Shown here: positions 1 to 10,692 of the stretch, one piece after another | Layout: the number at the start of each line of letters is the position of its first letter | How positions within the stretch are numbered: the first letter of the stretch is position 1 | From: Octopus bimaculoides | Taxonomy: Eukaryota | NCBI RefSeq assembly: GCF_001194135.2 | Contig: NC_068997.1 | Span: forward strand, 13,604,603 to 13,638,971 | Length of the DNA: 34,369 nucleotides | Direction: 5' to 3' | Translations under genes and position numbers: made by a program | The notes under the pieces: generated by a model | Seen by the model: the letters and a program-made list of their open reading frames with translations, nothing else | Database searches by the model: none | What the model was told of the DNA's origin: nothing

Positions 1-8
1 CGTTAAAT

Positions 9-309
9 ACACACACACACACACACAAACACACACGCACATATATATAATATATCTTGGGTGTATATTTAGATATACGAATGCAACTAAGTAAAAGACA
101 AATGGTTTTATCTTATCCTACTTATACATACCTCTCTCTCTTTCTCTCACCCTCGCTTTCTCTCACCCTCTCTTTCTCTCACCCTCTCTTTCTCTCTCTC
201 TCTCTCTCTTTCATTCTCTCTCCTTCTTTCTCTCTCTCTCTCTCTCTCTCTGCCTCTGTACATACATACATTCACACATACATACATGCATACATACATA
301 CATACATAC
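9..309. repeat. Compound microsatellite block: (CA)n, (CT)n-rich tract, (TACA)n
   Basis: Directly visible simple repeats; they explain ORFs 57..314 and 147..344. Confidence 0.95.
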
Positions 310-789
310 AATAGAATTTTCATACTTTTTTGTCCTGACGACATTTCGGTTCACCTTTCGCGGTTCATCTATCGCAGTTTATTATTTAAGCATACGTCGA
401 TTCCTCTGTGGTTGTTGTTATGCATTTATAATAAACAAAATATAGACAAATTGTTAAAATAATAACTAAAAATATACAGTACAATACTGTTTCTGCTTCG
501 CGGATTTTGACCTATCGCGTGGGGTGGTGAATGTAACGCCCGCGATAGTTGAGAGATTACGGTAATTAAAAAATATGTGTAATATACACATTAATATGAA
601 TCAAATAGATAGCACAGAAATGGTAACTGACACAATGCAACGGCGATGGGCCCAATAGAATGCATTTCTTTTGAACCCGGTCCTGGTTTACGCCACATGG
701 TTCTCCTGAGTGCGCCTAAATTTATATATTTATATTATAATCAGACATACACAAGTGATAGCTGGTTTGTATTTGTTTTCTCGAGTGTG

Positions 790-920
790 TGTGTTTTGGT
801 GGATTATGTGTGTGTGCTGTGTGTGTGTTTGTGTATGTGCGTGCATGCATGCGTGTGTGTGTGTTTGTGTATGTACGTGCGTGCGTGCGTGCGCGCGCGC
901 GTGTGTGTGTGTGTGTGTGT
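790..920. repeat. (TG)n/(GCGT)n microsatellite
   Basis: Visible TG and GCGT runs. Confidence 0.9.
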
Positions 921-1264
921 ACAAAACTCATATATTATTTTGCTCAACCTTATTTTAATGCCAATTTGAGACAGGCACCACGTATGAATCACATGAAGGT
1001 TGAGTTGAAGGGAGAAGTTCCGTTTTTTTCATTAATTATTTATAAATGTTCTGTTAGCTTGCTTACGGTAATTTTGATGTTTACCACTTATAGGAAATGC
1101 AAATATGGAAATAAAGTTATCACAAGATACATGGCATTGATGAGAAGGAACAAGGTTGACTTCTGAATATTTATAACTTTAATGACAACATTGAGTATTT
1201 ATGAATACTACCTGAATGACAAAATTTTAAAGTCAGACCAATTCTCTAAATGTGAAATTGGTAA

Positions 1265-1420
1265 ATTGAATCCTTTCCTTCGTATTTACAGTTAAGATGT
1301 ATTAGTGAGCTTGTCGGAACAAGTGACAACAGAATTCCAAATGCCCTTATGTATAACCAGCTGTATGATACCTGGAGAAGCAAAGGAAGACCATGGTTAA
1401 TGTACATCTATAAGCTGAAA
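1265..1420 (+). mobile_element. Decayed RTE-clade LINE fragment (C-terminal part of the ORF, after the RT domain)
   Basis: The frame from 1265 reads IESFPSYLQLRCISELVGTSDNRIPNALMYNQLYDTWRSKGRPWLMYIYKLK. This resembles the RTE/BovB-type motif QLRWxGHxxRMxDxRIPKxLLYGxLxxGxRxxGRPxLRYKDxLK, as recalled from family knowledge. Confidence 0.7.
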
Positions 1421-1591
1421 GTTAGACCGGAAGTAACAAAAATTCTCTTGGAAAGGTTGATTTGGACTGCAATAAATGTAAGTTCAATTTCTATAAAGCC
1501 AGAGAGAGACAGACAGGCAGACAGAGAGACAGATAGAGAGAGAAATACACACAAACACACACACACACACACACACAAATATATATATATA

Positions 1592-2488
1592 NNNNNNNNN
1601 NNNNNNNNNNNNNNNNNNNNNNNNNNNNNNNNNNNNNNNNNNNNNNNNNNNNNNNNNNNNNNNNNNNNNNNNNNNNNNNNNNNNNNNNNNNNNNNNNNNN
1701 NNNNNNNNNNNNNNNNNNNNNNNNNNNNNNNNNNNNNNNNNNNNNNNNNNNNNNNNNNNNNNNNNNNNNNNNNNNNNNNNNNNNNNNNNNNNNNNNNNNN
1801 NNNNNNNNNNNNNNNNNNNNNNNNNNNNNNNNNNNNNNNNNNNNNNNNNNNNNNNNNNNNNNNNNNNNNNNNNNNNNNNNNNNNNNNNNNNNNNNNNNNN
1901 NNNNNNNNNNNNNNNNNNNNNNNNNNNNNNNNNNNNNNNNNNNNNNNNNNNNNNNNNNNNNNNNNNNNNNNNNNNNNNNNNNNNNNNNNNNNNNNNNNNN
2001 NNNNNNNNNNNNNNNNNNNNNNNNNNNNNNNNNNNNNNNNNNNNNNNNNNNNNNNNNNNNNNNNNNNNNNNNNNNNNNNNNNNNNNNNNNNNNNNNNNNN
2101 NNNNNNNNNNNNNNNNNNNNNNNNNNNNNNNNNNNNNNNNNNNNNNNNNNNNNNNNNNNNNNNNNNNNNNNNNNNNNNNNNNNNNNNNNNNNNNNNNNNN
2201 NNNNNNNNNNNNNNNNNNNNNNNNNNNNNNNNNNNNNNNNNNNNNNNNNNNNNNNNNNNNNNNNNNNNNNNNNNNNNNNNNNNNNNNNNNNNNNNNNNNN
2301 NNNNNNNNNNNNNNNNNNNNNNNNNNNNNNNNNNNNNNNNNNNNNNNNNNNNNNNNNNNNNNNNNNNNNNNNNNNNNNNNNNNNNNNNNNNNNNNNNNNN
2401 NNNNNNNNNNNNNNNNNNNNNNNNNNNNNNNNNNNNNNNNNNNNNNNNNNNNNNNNNNNNNNNNNNNNNNNNNNNNNNNNNNNNNNNN
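1592..2488. other. Assembly gap (N run) flanked by (TA)n; largest of 14 gaps in the window
   Basis: N characters with TA repeats on both sides. Confidence 0.99.
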
Positions 2489-2536
<48 letters not shown>

Positions 2537-2799
2537 TGTGTATGTGTGTGCATGTGCGTGTGCATGTGTGTGTGCTTGCGTTAACATTTTTGTACGCATA
2601 TGTTTCTCCATTAATATATGTACACGTGTAGCAACAATCTTAACATTGGATAGAAATAATAAGTATATACCATATAATTGTCTTTGTACAACTTTCTACA
2701 TACCTCTTATCCCATCTCTTTGGCTCTCTCTTCCTTTTTAATCCTTTCTTTATTGTAATCTCACCTCACAACTCTCACACACTTTCTCTCTTCCCACAC

Positions 2800-2900
2800 A
2801 CTCTCTCGCTCCTCTCTCTCTATCTATCTACCTATCTTTCTTTCTTTCTTTCTTTCTTTCTATCTTCCTTTCTTCCTTTCTTTCTTTCTTTCTTTCTATT
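2800..2900. repeat. (CT)n/(CTTT)n pyrimidine tract
   Basis: Visible simple repeats. Confidence 0.85.
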
Positions 2901-3259
2901 CCCTTTTCCAATACAGAACTGTCCTTACCTACAAATGCAATTATTCGCATGCAACCAGAAATAATTGTCTTGTGCAGGAATAAAGAACAATTCCAGTAGC
3001 TTTTATCATAAGGAATCTTTTACATTTTCTTCCATTCATTAATTTCTTGTACCGGAAACAAGCAAATTCCAACAGTATAGTTCCTGATCTTTGACACAAA
3101 TTGAAATATTTGTTGTAAGCAAAAAGAAAAGGAGATTAAAGTCAGTTGAAGTGACATGGGTGATGGCAGAGATGAGGGTAAGAAAGAAATAAAAATGAAA
3201 CATAATGTTATTACTCTATGATCTCTCTTTCTCTTTCTCATTTACTCATTCGCTTTCTC

Positions 3260-3302
<43 letters not shown>

Positions 3303-3970
3303 ATATTTATATGTGTTCTTGTCGATGTGTTCGTACGTATAAAAACAAAGAAACTGGGAAAGACAATTATCGAAATAACAAGTATATTCTTCATATAGTT
3401 GTACGTAAATGTATGAATATTGCAGTCATACACACCTTTATATACATGTGTATGCCCACACATACAAACACACACACATACACGGGCATATACATACTTG
3501 GGCATGCACATAGAAGTGTATACATATAGACACATATATACACAGACATATAATAAACACTCACATACACACACACGCAACCCTCCCGCACATATATATG
3601 CGTGTGAGCATGTGTGTTTGTCTGTACGTGTTATAGGGTCGATTGTAACAGATGCTTACCTGTTCTGCTTCATTTGCGAAATTAACAGAAAATGTAGTAA
3701 CTTCTCATTCTTCCTAATGTCGATTTCAGATTTGTAGAGTACTATATGAATTCATTGAATCGTGTGGTTTTCACAGAAAGCTCCTCTAGACAATTCGGCT
3801 AGCAGAACACAAAGTTATTTAATACAGAGCAGTACAAGACATAGCTCTATACAGATGAAATCCAGGAGATTCGATCGATGAGAATATTTTATGAGGGGTA
3901 TGTATACTATACAAATTCAGGTGGTACGAGTGGTAAATATATTCATTCAACCACTTGTCATCATTAGGAT

Positions 3971-3999
3971 TACGGCCGTTTCGCTGCCGTCCTCATGCA
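3971..3999 (-). ncRNA. Possible decayed type I hammerhead ribozyme
   Basis: The minus strand reads ttgcATGA-ggac-ggca-gc-GAAA-cggccg-TA. It has a palindromic helix III (ACGGCCGT) and a GUA triplet, but the core and helix II are damaged. Confidence 0.3.
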
Positions 4000-5164
4000 A
4001 TAATAATTTCAGTGTATAATAAATTATGTTTACATGTCTGCAAATATGCATACTATTCATCGTATTTACAAATCAGAGCAGATAAGGAATGCTTGCTCAT
4101 CAAATAACCAGAACACGGTTATATTGTTATATCAGTGTTTTAACTGTAAGTATTAATATAAGATTTTCTCTTTATGTATAAAATATATCGAAGACCGACA
4201 CCCTGTGCGTATTTGCAACCGATATTCGGATGTAAACGTTTATATGTGTTTATTTCTATTTATATTGTATGTATATGCATGTTTTAGTGCATGTATTTAT
4301 ATGTTTGCTTGTGTGTGTACTAATGTTTGTCCCCATCCGTTCTGTATGTTCATTAGTGTTTGCAAAAGTACACAACTGTGTGAGTGTGGTTGTGTATCAT
4401 TTAGTATTATTTTATTCTTTTAAGTGTTTTATCTTTGGTTTAATATCAATGGTTAACTGCCCTTGTCTCCGTTTGCTACCATCGCTTTGAAATGTCATTA
4501 TTTACTAAGGTAACAAGAGTTTCATGATCAGAATAGAACTACGCTTGCAATTCATATTTTTGAAGTCAGTTGTAATACTAATATGCTGCATGAACGGTAA
4601 CTGTTCATATTCTCATTATTCATTTGCTTATAACTTGAATAAAAAGCAGAAAAGTATAAATTTTCACCTGTTTTGCATTATCTATCCATCTTCTACAGAT
4701 GTTTCTACGGTACAAAACATCATTATTCATATGAATACGCAATTAAATTATATTTTAACAAATTAATGTATAAATGATGTGTTACCCATTCCTTCAGGAG
4801 TAAAATATTAACCAGGAAACCGTTACTGATTGATTCATACTTATTTCTCGAATACTTTTGGCTATGATTGACTTTCAGTTTTTAAGAAGGAATAAACACT
4901 CTTGATAGATCGTCTCAGAAATGTTTAGCGGTTAATTTTGTTATTGTTTATTTTACTGGTTTAATCAGAGGAGAAGATATGGCACCCATTAGCGATTTCA
5001 GTTCCCGGCTGAAGAAATAGAGGAAGTAAGTTATCATCAGAAACGAGACCAAGCACAAATGTTCTCAACGTAGTGGAAACCAGCAAAATCACCCAAGATG
5101 TATGTGTAGCATTAGATCCGACAAGTGGTTATGTCTATGATACAAGAAACGGAACGGCCAATTT

Positions 5165-5318
5165 TTAATAGGCTTGTACACATATTCCCTATTCCAAATT
5201 TCATCCAAAGTCTTTGGTAAAAAAGGAAAATACCTGCCTAAACTGTTAACAAGGTAGAATCGAACTTGAAATCACATAGTTGCAAAGCGAACCCCCCTGC
5301 CACACAGTAGCGCATGCG
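5165..5318 (-). mobile_element. Old, diverged tRNA-derived SINE 5' portion (family A-like)
   Basis: The minus strand has ctgtgtggc (A box-like), agttcgattc (B box) and ttaggcaggtattttcc, which resembles the family A segment ttgggcaagtgtcttct. Confidence 0.5.
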
Positions 5319-6282
5319 CTCATGTTGATTATTTATAAACTGTTTCAGCGATTGTTATTATATTATCGGTTTTTGCTTCAAAGTGTAATATCGGTGTTGT
5401 CTAGAATATAATTTGTGAAATTATAGCTATTAGGTTTGTGCTTACACTTGTATTTGCCGTTGTATATTCGAAACATATTCAAAATTGCTAATCAATACAA
5501 TTGCTAGTATAGTGGTTATTGGTTTAGATTATGTTGATGGGAAAGATTACTCCAGCAAGGATATCGAGCGTGAAAGGTAACTTCAAAAGTGTCTGAAGGT
5601 AAGTGGTGTCATTTTTGTCGTTCACGTATTGACTTGGCTAGAAAGGCTCTTGGTAGATAGCAGATATTTGTACATCTGAATCTTTAATGTTTAAATCTAA
5701 ATACGCTACGGTGTGCTGCTGAATAACGTATAAAATATTCTAAAAATTAAACATTAAACCTCAACGTAAAACTGATTTATATATATATATTGATTACCGA
5801 AATACGAATGTCAACTAACATACCGTATAGACTCCCTGCAGTGAATTTATTATTATTGATATTTTCGGTTTAATCCGAGGTCAGCTTATAATCAAAGACA
5901 TACTACTGGTGACCATCTTAACTCTTTTTCTCGTATGGAAAACTATATTGCTCAATATTTTCTTCGATCGTTAATTAGAGATAGGTTTTGAGTTGAGTGA
6001 AATTTGGCTCTATTGACTAGGTTTAGAAATAAAACAAAAGCTAAGCCTTAATCGTTAATCACTTTTACATCGATCACAATGCTCAATCGATAAAGGGAGA
6101 AAATTTCAAAGAAATGATAATTAATTTTACAGTAAATGGAAAGATTAGATTTCACGCTAATTTGAATTTTTATTCCAATGAAAAAACATTTGTTAGCAGG
6201 TAAGATGGAAATATTTTTGTCATATTTTTGTCATGTATTTCGTCAGTATAACATTTCGTCAGTATAACATATGAGGTTCAAA

Positions 6283-6450
6283 TTTTTTGCACAAGGCCAG
6301 TAACATAGGGGGAGGGAGCTAGTCGATTACATCGACCCCAGTGCTCAACTGGTACACTCGGCAGCATTTGAACTGAGAGCGTAAGGACAGACGAAACGTC
6401 GCTGAACCGAAAAACCGGTGTGGCAGCGATTCTGCCAGCTTTCCGCCTTA
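6283..6450 (-). mobile_element. tRNA-derived SINE, family B, with internal deletion
   Basis: Aligns by eye to the copies at 6995-7168 and 32833-33021; lacks the central atcgacc...gtcgacc block. Confidence 0.8.
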
Positions 6451-6788
6451 TATTGCATTCAGGCGTGCTTTGGTTAGTTGACATATTAGTTAATGCGAGT
6501 TAGAGTTTGGAATGTAACTGAAATGGGTGAAAGTGATAAATTTATGTCATTCAGGTAGATGAGGATTTACTGCAGGACTTACGGAAAAAGTTCTTTATGT
6601 ATTCAAATGTTCATTAATCAGAAGAAAGAGAATATAAGCCTGGCTTTAAGTGTTACTAACTCTCAATGAAAAGGAATCGTAATTTCATAATATTAAGAAT
6701 AGATATCACAAATATTCAATGCTCGTCGTAACTCGACTTGTACCATCAGGAATTCGAACGACTTCTAGGTATTTCTATAATAATTCAT

Positions 6789-6958
6789 TACTCAAGTTGT
6801 TTTGGTACAACTCTCAGCAGGTGGTCTATACGACATCGACCACAGTGCTCAATTGTTACTTTATCGACCATAAGCAATGTCAACCTCAACGGAATTAAAA
6901 CGTAGAGACAGACGAAATGCCAATAAGCATTTTTCCTGTCGCGATAACGGTTCTTATT
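6789..6958 (-). mobile_element. Diverged family B SINE
   Basis: atcgaccacagtgctcaattg...tttatcgacc...gacagacgaaatgccaataagcattt matches the other family B copies. Confidence 0.7.
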
Positions 6959-6994
6959 TCTAAACATAGAGGGGACAAACAAGGACAGACAAAG

Positions 6995-7168
6995 GGATTA
7001 AGTCAACTAGATCGACTCCAGTGCGTAACTGGTACTTTATTTATCGAACGGGAAAGGATGAAAGCCAAAGTCGACCTCGGCGGAATTTGAACTCAGAGCG
7101 TAACGGCAGACGACATACCGCTAAGCATTTCGCTCGGCGTACTAACGATTCTACCGGCTCGCCGCCTT
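6995..7168 (-). mobile_element. Family B SINE (tRNA head plus a conserved central domain, tentatively Meta/MESC-like)
   Basis: The reverse complement gives a head ggcggcgagcc..gtagaatcgttag, a B box gagttcaaattcc and the central domain gaggtcgactttggctttcatcctttcc..cgataaataaagtaccag. Confidence 0.85.
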
Positions 7169-7199
7169 CAAAACGATAATAATATTAATGATAATAACA

Positions 7200-7419
7200 A
7201 CTGTTTCCAATTTTGGCACTAGGAAAACAATTTTATGGAGAAGGTGGGGAAGTCGATTATGTCAACCCCAGTATTTGAGTCATCCTTCATTTTTCGACTC
7301 CAAAGGATGAAAGACAAAATAGATCCCGGTGGAATTTCAACTCCGAACGTGAAAAGCCGGAAGAAAAGACATTTAGCATTTCGTCCGACGCTCTAATGAT
7401 TCTAGCAGTTCACCACATT
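7200..7419 (-). mobile_element. Diverged near full-length family B SINE
   Basis: aaggatgaaagacaaaatagatcccggtggaatttcaactccgaacg...tttagcatttcgtccgacgctctaatgattct. Confidence 0.75.
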
Positions 7420-7627
7420 AATTACAATAAAAAAACAGCAACAAAAACGACGATGCTACTGCTGCTGCTGCTACTACTACTACTAATAATAATAATAAAA
7501 ATAATAATAACAACAACAACAATAATACCAAACAAAGAAAAAGCAGCGCTAAGGTTAAATAACGCTATTTTATTGAAGTTATATTGTAAATATTAACCGA
7601 TTTAAAATTAGTAATATAGCGATGAAT

Positions 7628-7629
<2 letters not shown>

Positions 7630-7697
<68 letters not shown>
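7630..7697. repeat. (AAT)n microsatellite
   Basis: Perfect AAT run. Confidence 0.97.
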
Positions 7698-7698
<1 letters not shown>

Positions 7699-7957
7699 CA
7701 ANNNNNNNNNNAACAACAACAACAATAGCAACAACTACAAAATGATCATATCTTAGTAGATCATTGATAGAAGTAATAGTGAGAAAGGGTATGTGCTTGT
7801 AGAGACGTGTGTCATTAAGGAGTTGGGTAGAAGGGTGGAAACCATATTTCATTACAACCGCCATGTTTTATCGATGAATCCTTTTATTACTCAAGATTAT
7901 CTGAAATATCACGAAATCTGTTTAGTCATTAATGTCTTTCCGGAAGAAATTCGATTT

Positions 7958-7992
<35 letters not shown>

Positions 7993-8506
7993 NNNNNNNN
8001 NNNNNNNNNNNNNNNNNNNNNNNNNNNNNNNNNNNNNNNNNNNNNNNNNNNNNNNNNNNNNNNNNNNNNNNNNNNNNNNNNNNNNNNNNNNNNNNNNNNN
8101 NNNNNNNNNNNNNNNNNNNNNNNNNNNNNNNNNNNNNNNNNNNNNNNNNNNNNNNNNNNNNNNNNNNNNNNNNNNNNNNNNNNNNNNNNNNNNNNNNNNN
8201 NNNNNNNNNNNNNNNNNNNNNNNNNNNNNNNNNNNNNNNNNNNNNNNNNNNNNNNNNNNNNNNNNNNNNNNNNNNNNNNNNNNNNNNNNNNNNNNNNNNN
8301 NNNNNNNNNNNNNNNNNNNNNNNNNNNNNNNNNNNNNNNNNNNNNNNNNNNNNNNNNNNNNNNNNNNNNNNNNNNNNNNNNNNNNNNNNNNNNNNNNNNN
8401 NNNNNNNNNNNNNNNNNNNNNNNNNNNNNNNNNNNNNNNNNNNNNNNNNNNNNNNNNNNNNNNNNNNNNNNNNNNNNNNNNNNATATATATATATATATA
8501 TATATA

Positions 8507-8894
8507 GGCGCAGGAGTGGCTGTGTGGTAAGTAGCATGCTTACGAACCGCATGGTTCAGTCCTACTGCGTGGAACCTTGGCAAGTGTCTTCTACTATGGC
8601 CTCAGGCCGACCAAAGCCTTGTGAGTGGATTTGGTAGACGGAAACTGAAAGAAGCCCGTCGTATGTATGCATATATACATATATATATATATGTCTATAT
8701 GTTTGTGTGTCTGTTTTTGTCACCCCAATATCGCTTGACAACCTATTCTGATGTCTTTATGTCCCCGTAACCTAGCGGTTCGGCATAAGTGACCGATAAA
8801 ATAAGTACTAGGCTTACAAAGAATAAGTCTATTTGCTCGACTAAAAGCGGTGCTCTAGCATGGCCACAGTCAAATGACTGAAACAATTAAAAGA
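8507..8894 (+). mobile_element. Full-length tRNA-derived SINE, family A (tentatively CORE-type), with an internal TA/TG microsatellite
   Basis: A box tggctgtgtgg and B box ggttcagtcc, then ccttggcaagtgtcttctactat and gaaagaagcccgtcg. An internal microsatellite follows, and the 3' end is gtcaaatgactgaaac. At least five more copies occur in this window. Confidence 0.9.
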
Positions 8895-9209
8895 GTAAAC
8901 TACCTTAACATCAAACTAGTTGATTTCATCTACCGAGTCATAATTTCCATTCGCTACGACATTTTCAGGATGTATATGTTTCCAAGCACAAATTCCAAAT
9001 AACTGTAGTTACGAATGAAACGGCCATTGATTTATCTGCAGCAATCACTAAACTGTTTTGGCTGCTTTTGTCGTATAAATCATTAACCAAATTAAATTCA
9101 AATGAAAATAAATATATATATCTGATAATAAAGGACTACAATTTACTTCTCTCAGAATATCTTTAATTTGTTTAACTATCCACCCCAATATAACAATGCA
9201 TGAGCTACG

Positions 9210-9620
9210 ATCGATAAAGCTAACCACCTATATTGTATAACAACCGAGTTTCGTAGCTGTAGTTATGTAACAATTTGTGTCTGAGATTTTGAGATCTTTC
9301 TTTTTTACTTGCAACAATAAGCAAGTGTGGACGTAATGAAACCAACGCACTGTTTCGCCCCTGCTTCTTGTCTATCAATTCTTTGTCAGCTTTTATGTTT
9401 TTAACACTGCCGATACCACCATAATGAATGGTACTGCCCAAGTGTCGAAATCCTAATGATATCCGTCAGATATATTTACTTCTTGACTATGATTTCACTG
9501 TATCTTCCTGTGTTGTGATTCTAATTTGTCTTTCATTGAAATTTTAGTCTTTGTATGGCTTATCTTGTTCAGAGGTTCTTGGTTTCTTGGTATATATAGT
9601 GTTTGCGTTGATTATATCAT
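9210..9620 (-). mobile_element. Highly decayed non-LTR retrotransposon (RTE-like) RT C-terminal fragment
   Basis: The minus-strand translation contains DIINANTIYTKK, then GFRHLGSTIHYGG, then LRHKLLHNYSYETRLLYNIG. These follow the order and approximate spacing of the GLxINxxKTK, FxYLGSxI and KxxLYxxxVxSxLLYG motifs. Stops occur between the motifs. Confidence 0.45.
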
Positions 9621-9731
9621 GCCATACATTGAAATTGCATGATTGCCCTTGATTAGAATTATAATTCAGGTGGGAAAATGTAATATTTGTAATCGGGTTT
9701 CTGGTTTATGGAGGTATTACGCACACACGCG

Positions 9732-9733
<2 letters not shown>

Positions 9734-9804
<71 letters not shown>
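9734..9804. repeat. (CA)n microsatellite
   Basis: Perfect CA run. Confidence 0.97.
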
Positions 9805-9810
<6 letters not shown>

Positions 9811-9972
9811 ACACATGTGCGCGTATATGATATTCAGATATGAAATCATTACACAAATGCATTAGTAAATGAATATGCAAATTCACATAAATTATTGAAC
9901 GCATAAGTCTTCAATCCACTACTTTCTGTTTGGGTATTCTCACTGAAATTACCAAATTGTGCAACTTTTGCG

Positions 9973-10030
9973 CAATTAATATGCACCGAATATTGCACAA
10001 TTAATATGCACCAATATTGCACAATTAATA
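9973..10030. repeat. Short tandem repeat, 24-25 bp unit caattaatatgcacc(g)aatattgca, about 2.4 copies
   Basis: Units start at 9973, 9998 and 10022. Confidence 0.85.
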
Positions 10031-10577
10031 GCCGCCAAGTATTTATCCTCTTTCTACATGCTCAATGGTTTTAGTGTCCTTAACAACCAACAGTCAAATG
10101 CATCGTTGATCATCGCTGCTGAAAGCTTCTCTACGCTATGATACTAGTTGTTGATTTTGCTGTAATAGAGATCTGACAAGATTTTATTAATAAAGCATAT
10201 CTATGATTGTAATAGATCTGTATTGCGGGTATAAATTATGGAATGTCATCATAAATATCATATTTTAAAACATTCTTGTTCGTCGTCTGAATATATATTA
10301 AGACATTTCACTCAATGTATTGAATTAAGATCTGAAATGTAAGGAAGCATTCACACCAATTTAAAAATTAAACTGCCACTTACAGAAACAGTAACCCATT
10401 TGCCTTGCTCTGTAGCACGTAAGAGAGGTTTCCGCATCATGCACTTCACTACTATTATGTAATATTTATAATTGCAAATAGAATATTTAAGAGAATGTAC
10501 AAGCAATCAACTGCTGGACTAGTTGCTCTGTATATTATTTATAATGTATTTTTACGAGTGGTCATCTCTATTTACAG

Positions 10578-10692
10578 TCTGATGATCATGCCAAACCTAT
10601 TTCTCATTGTATAATAATAGAAAATATCTACCATACTGGATTTAGATATATAATTCCATCTGGGACACATATTAAATACTGCAGGCGTGACG
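10578..10692 (+). CDS. Candidate internal coding exon of an unidentified gene (115 nt, phase 0 to phase 1)
   Basis: Acceptor ctctatttacag| and donor cg|gtaagt. Only one frame is open across the exon: SDDHAKPISHCIIIENIYHTGFRYIIPSGTHIKYCRRD(G). No partner exons were found. Confidence 0.35.

Noticed and set aside
330-375. Hammerhead-like words (CTGACGA on +; agATGA...GAAATGTC on -)
   Set aside because: The + strand has no downstream GAAA. On the - strand the core is damaged and neither helix I nor helix II pairs properly.
1349-2611. Long ORFs of 375-411 aa, and similar ones spanning the other gaps (7793-8583, 21413-22094, 25923-26988, 30155-30941, 31436-31987)
   Set aside because: They are open only because N runs translate as X and the flanks are dinucleotide repeats. 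Only the first ~24 residues of 1349.. are meaningful (RTE relic).
3655-3760. Minus-strand donor CAG|GTAAGC with a short open stretch (LYKSEIDIRKNEKLLHFLLISQMKQN); similar isolated splice-like sites at 2925, 5580-5600 and 6553
   Set aside because: Acceptors are weak or there are in-frame stops, and the peptides are unrecognisable. This is not distinguishable from chance.
8507-8580. tRNA-like heads (also 22113, 29124, 29250) as possible tRNA genes
   Set aside because: They have A/B boxes but no complete cloverleaf, and they run into repeated SINE bodies.
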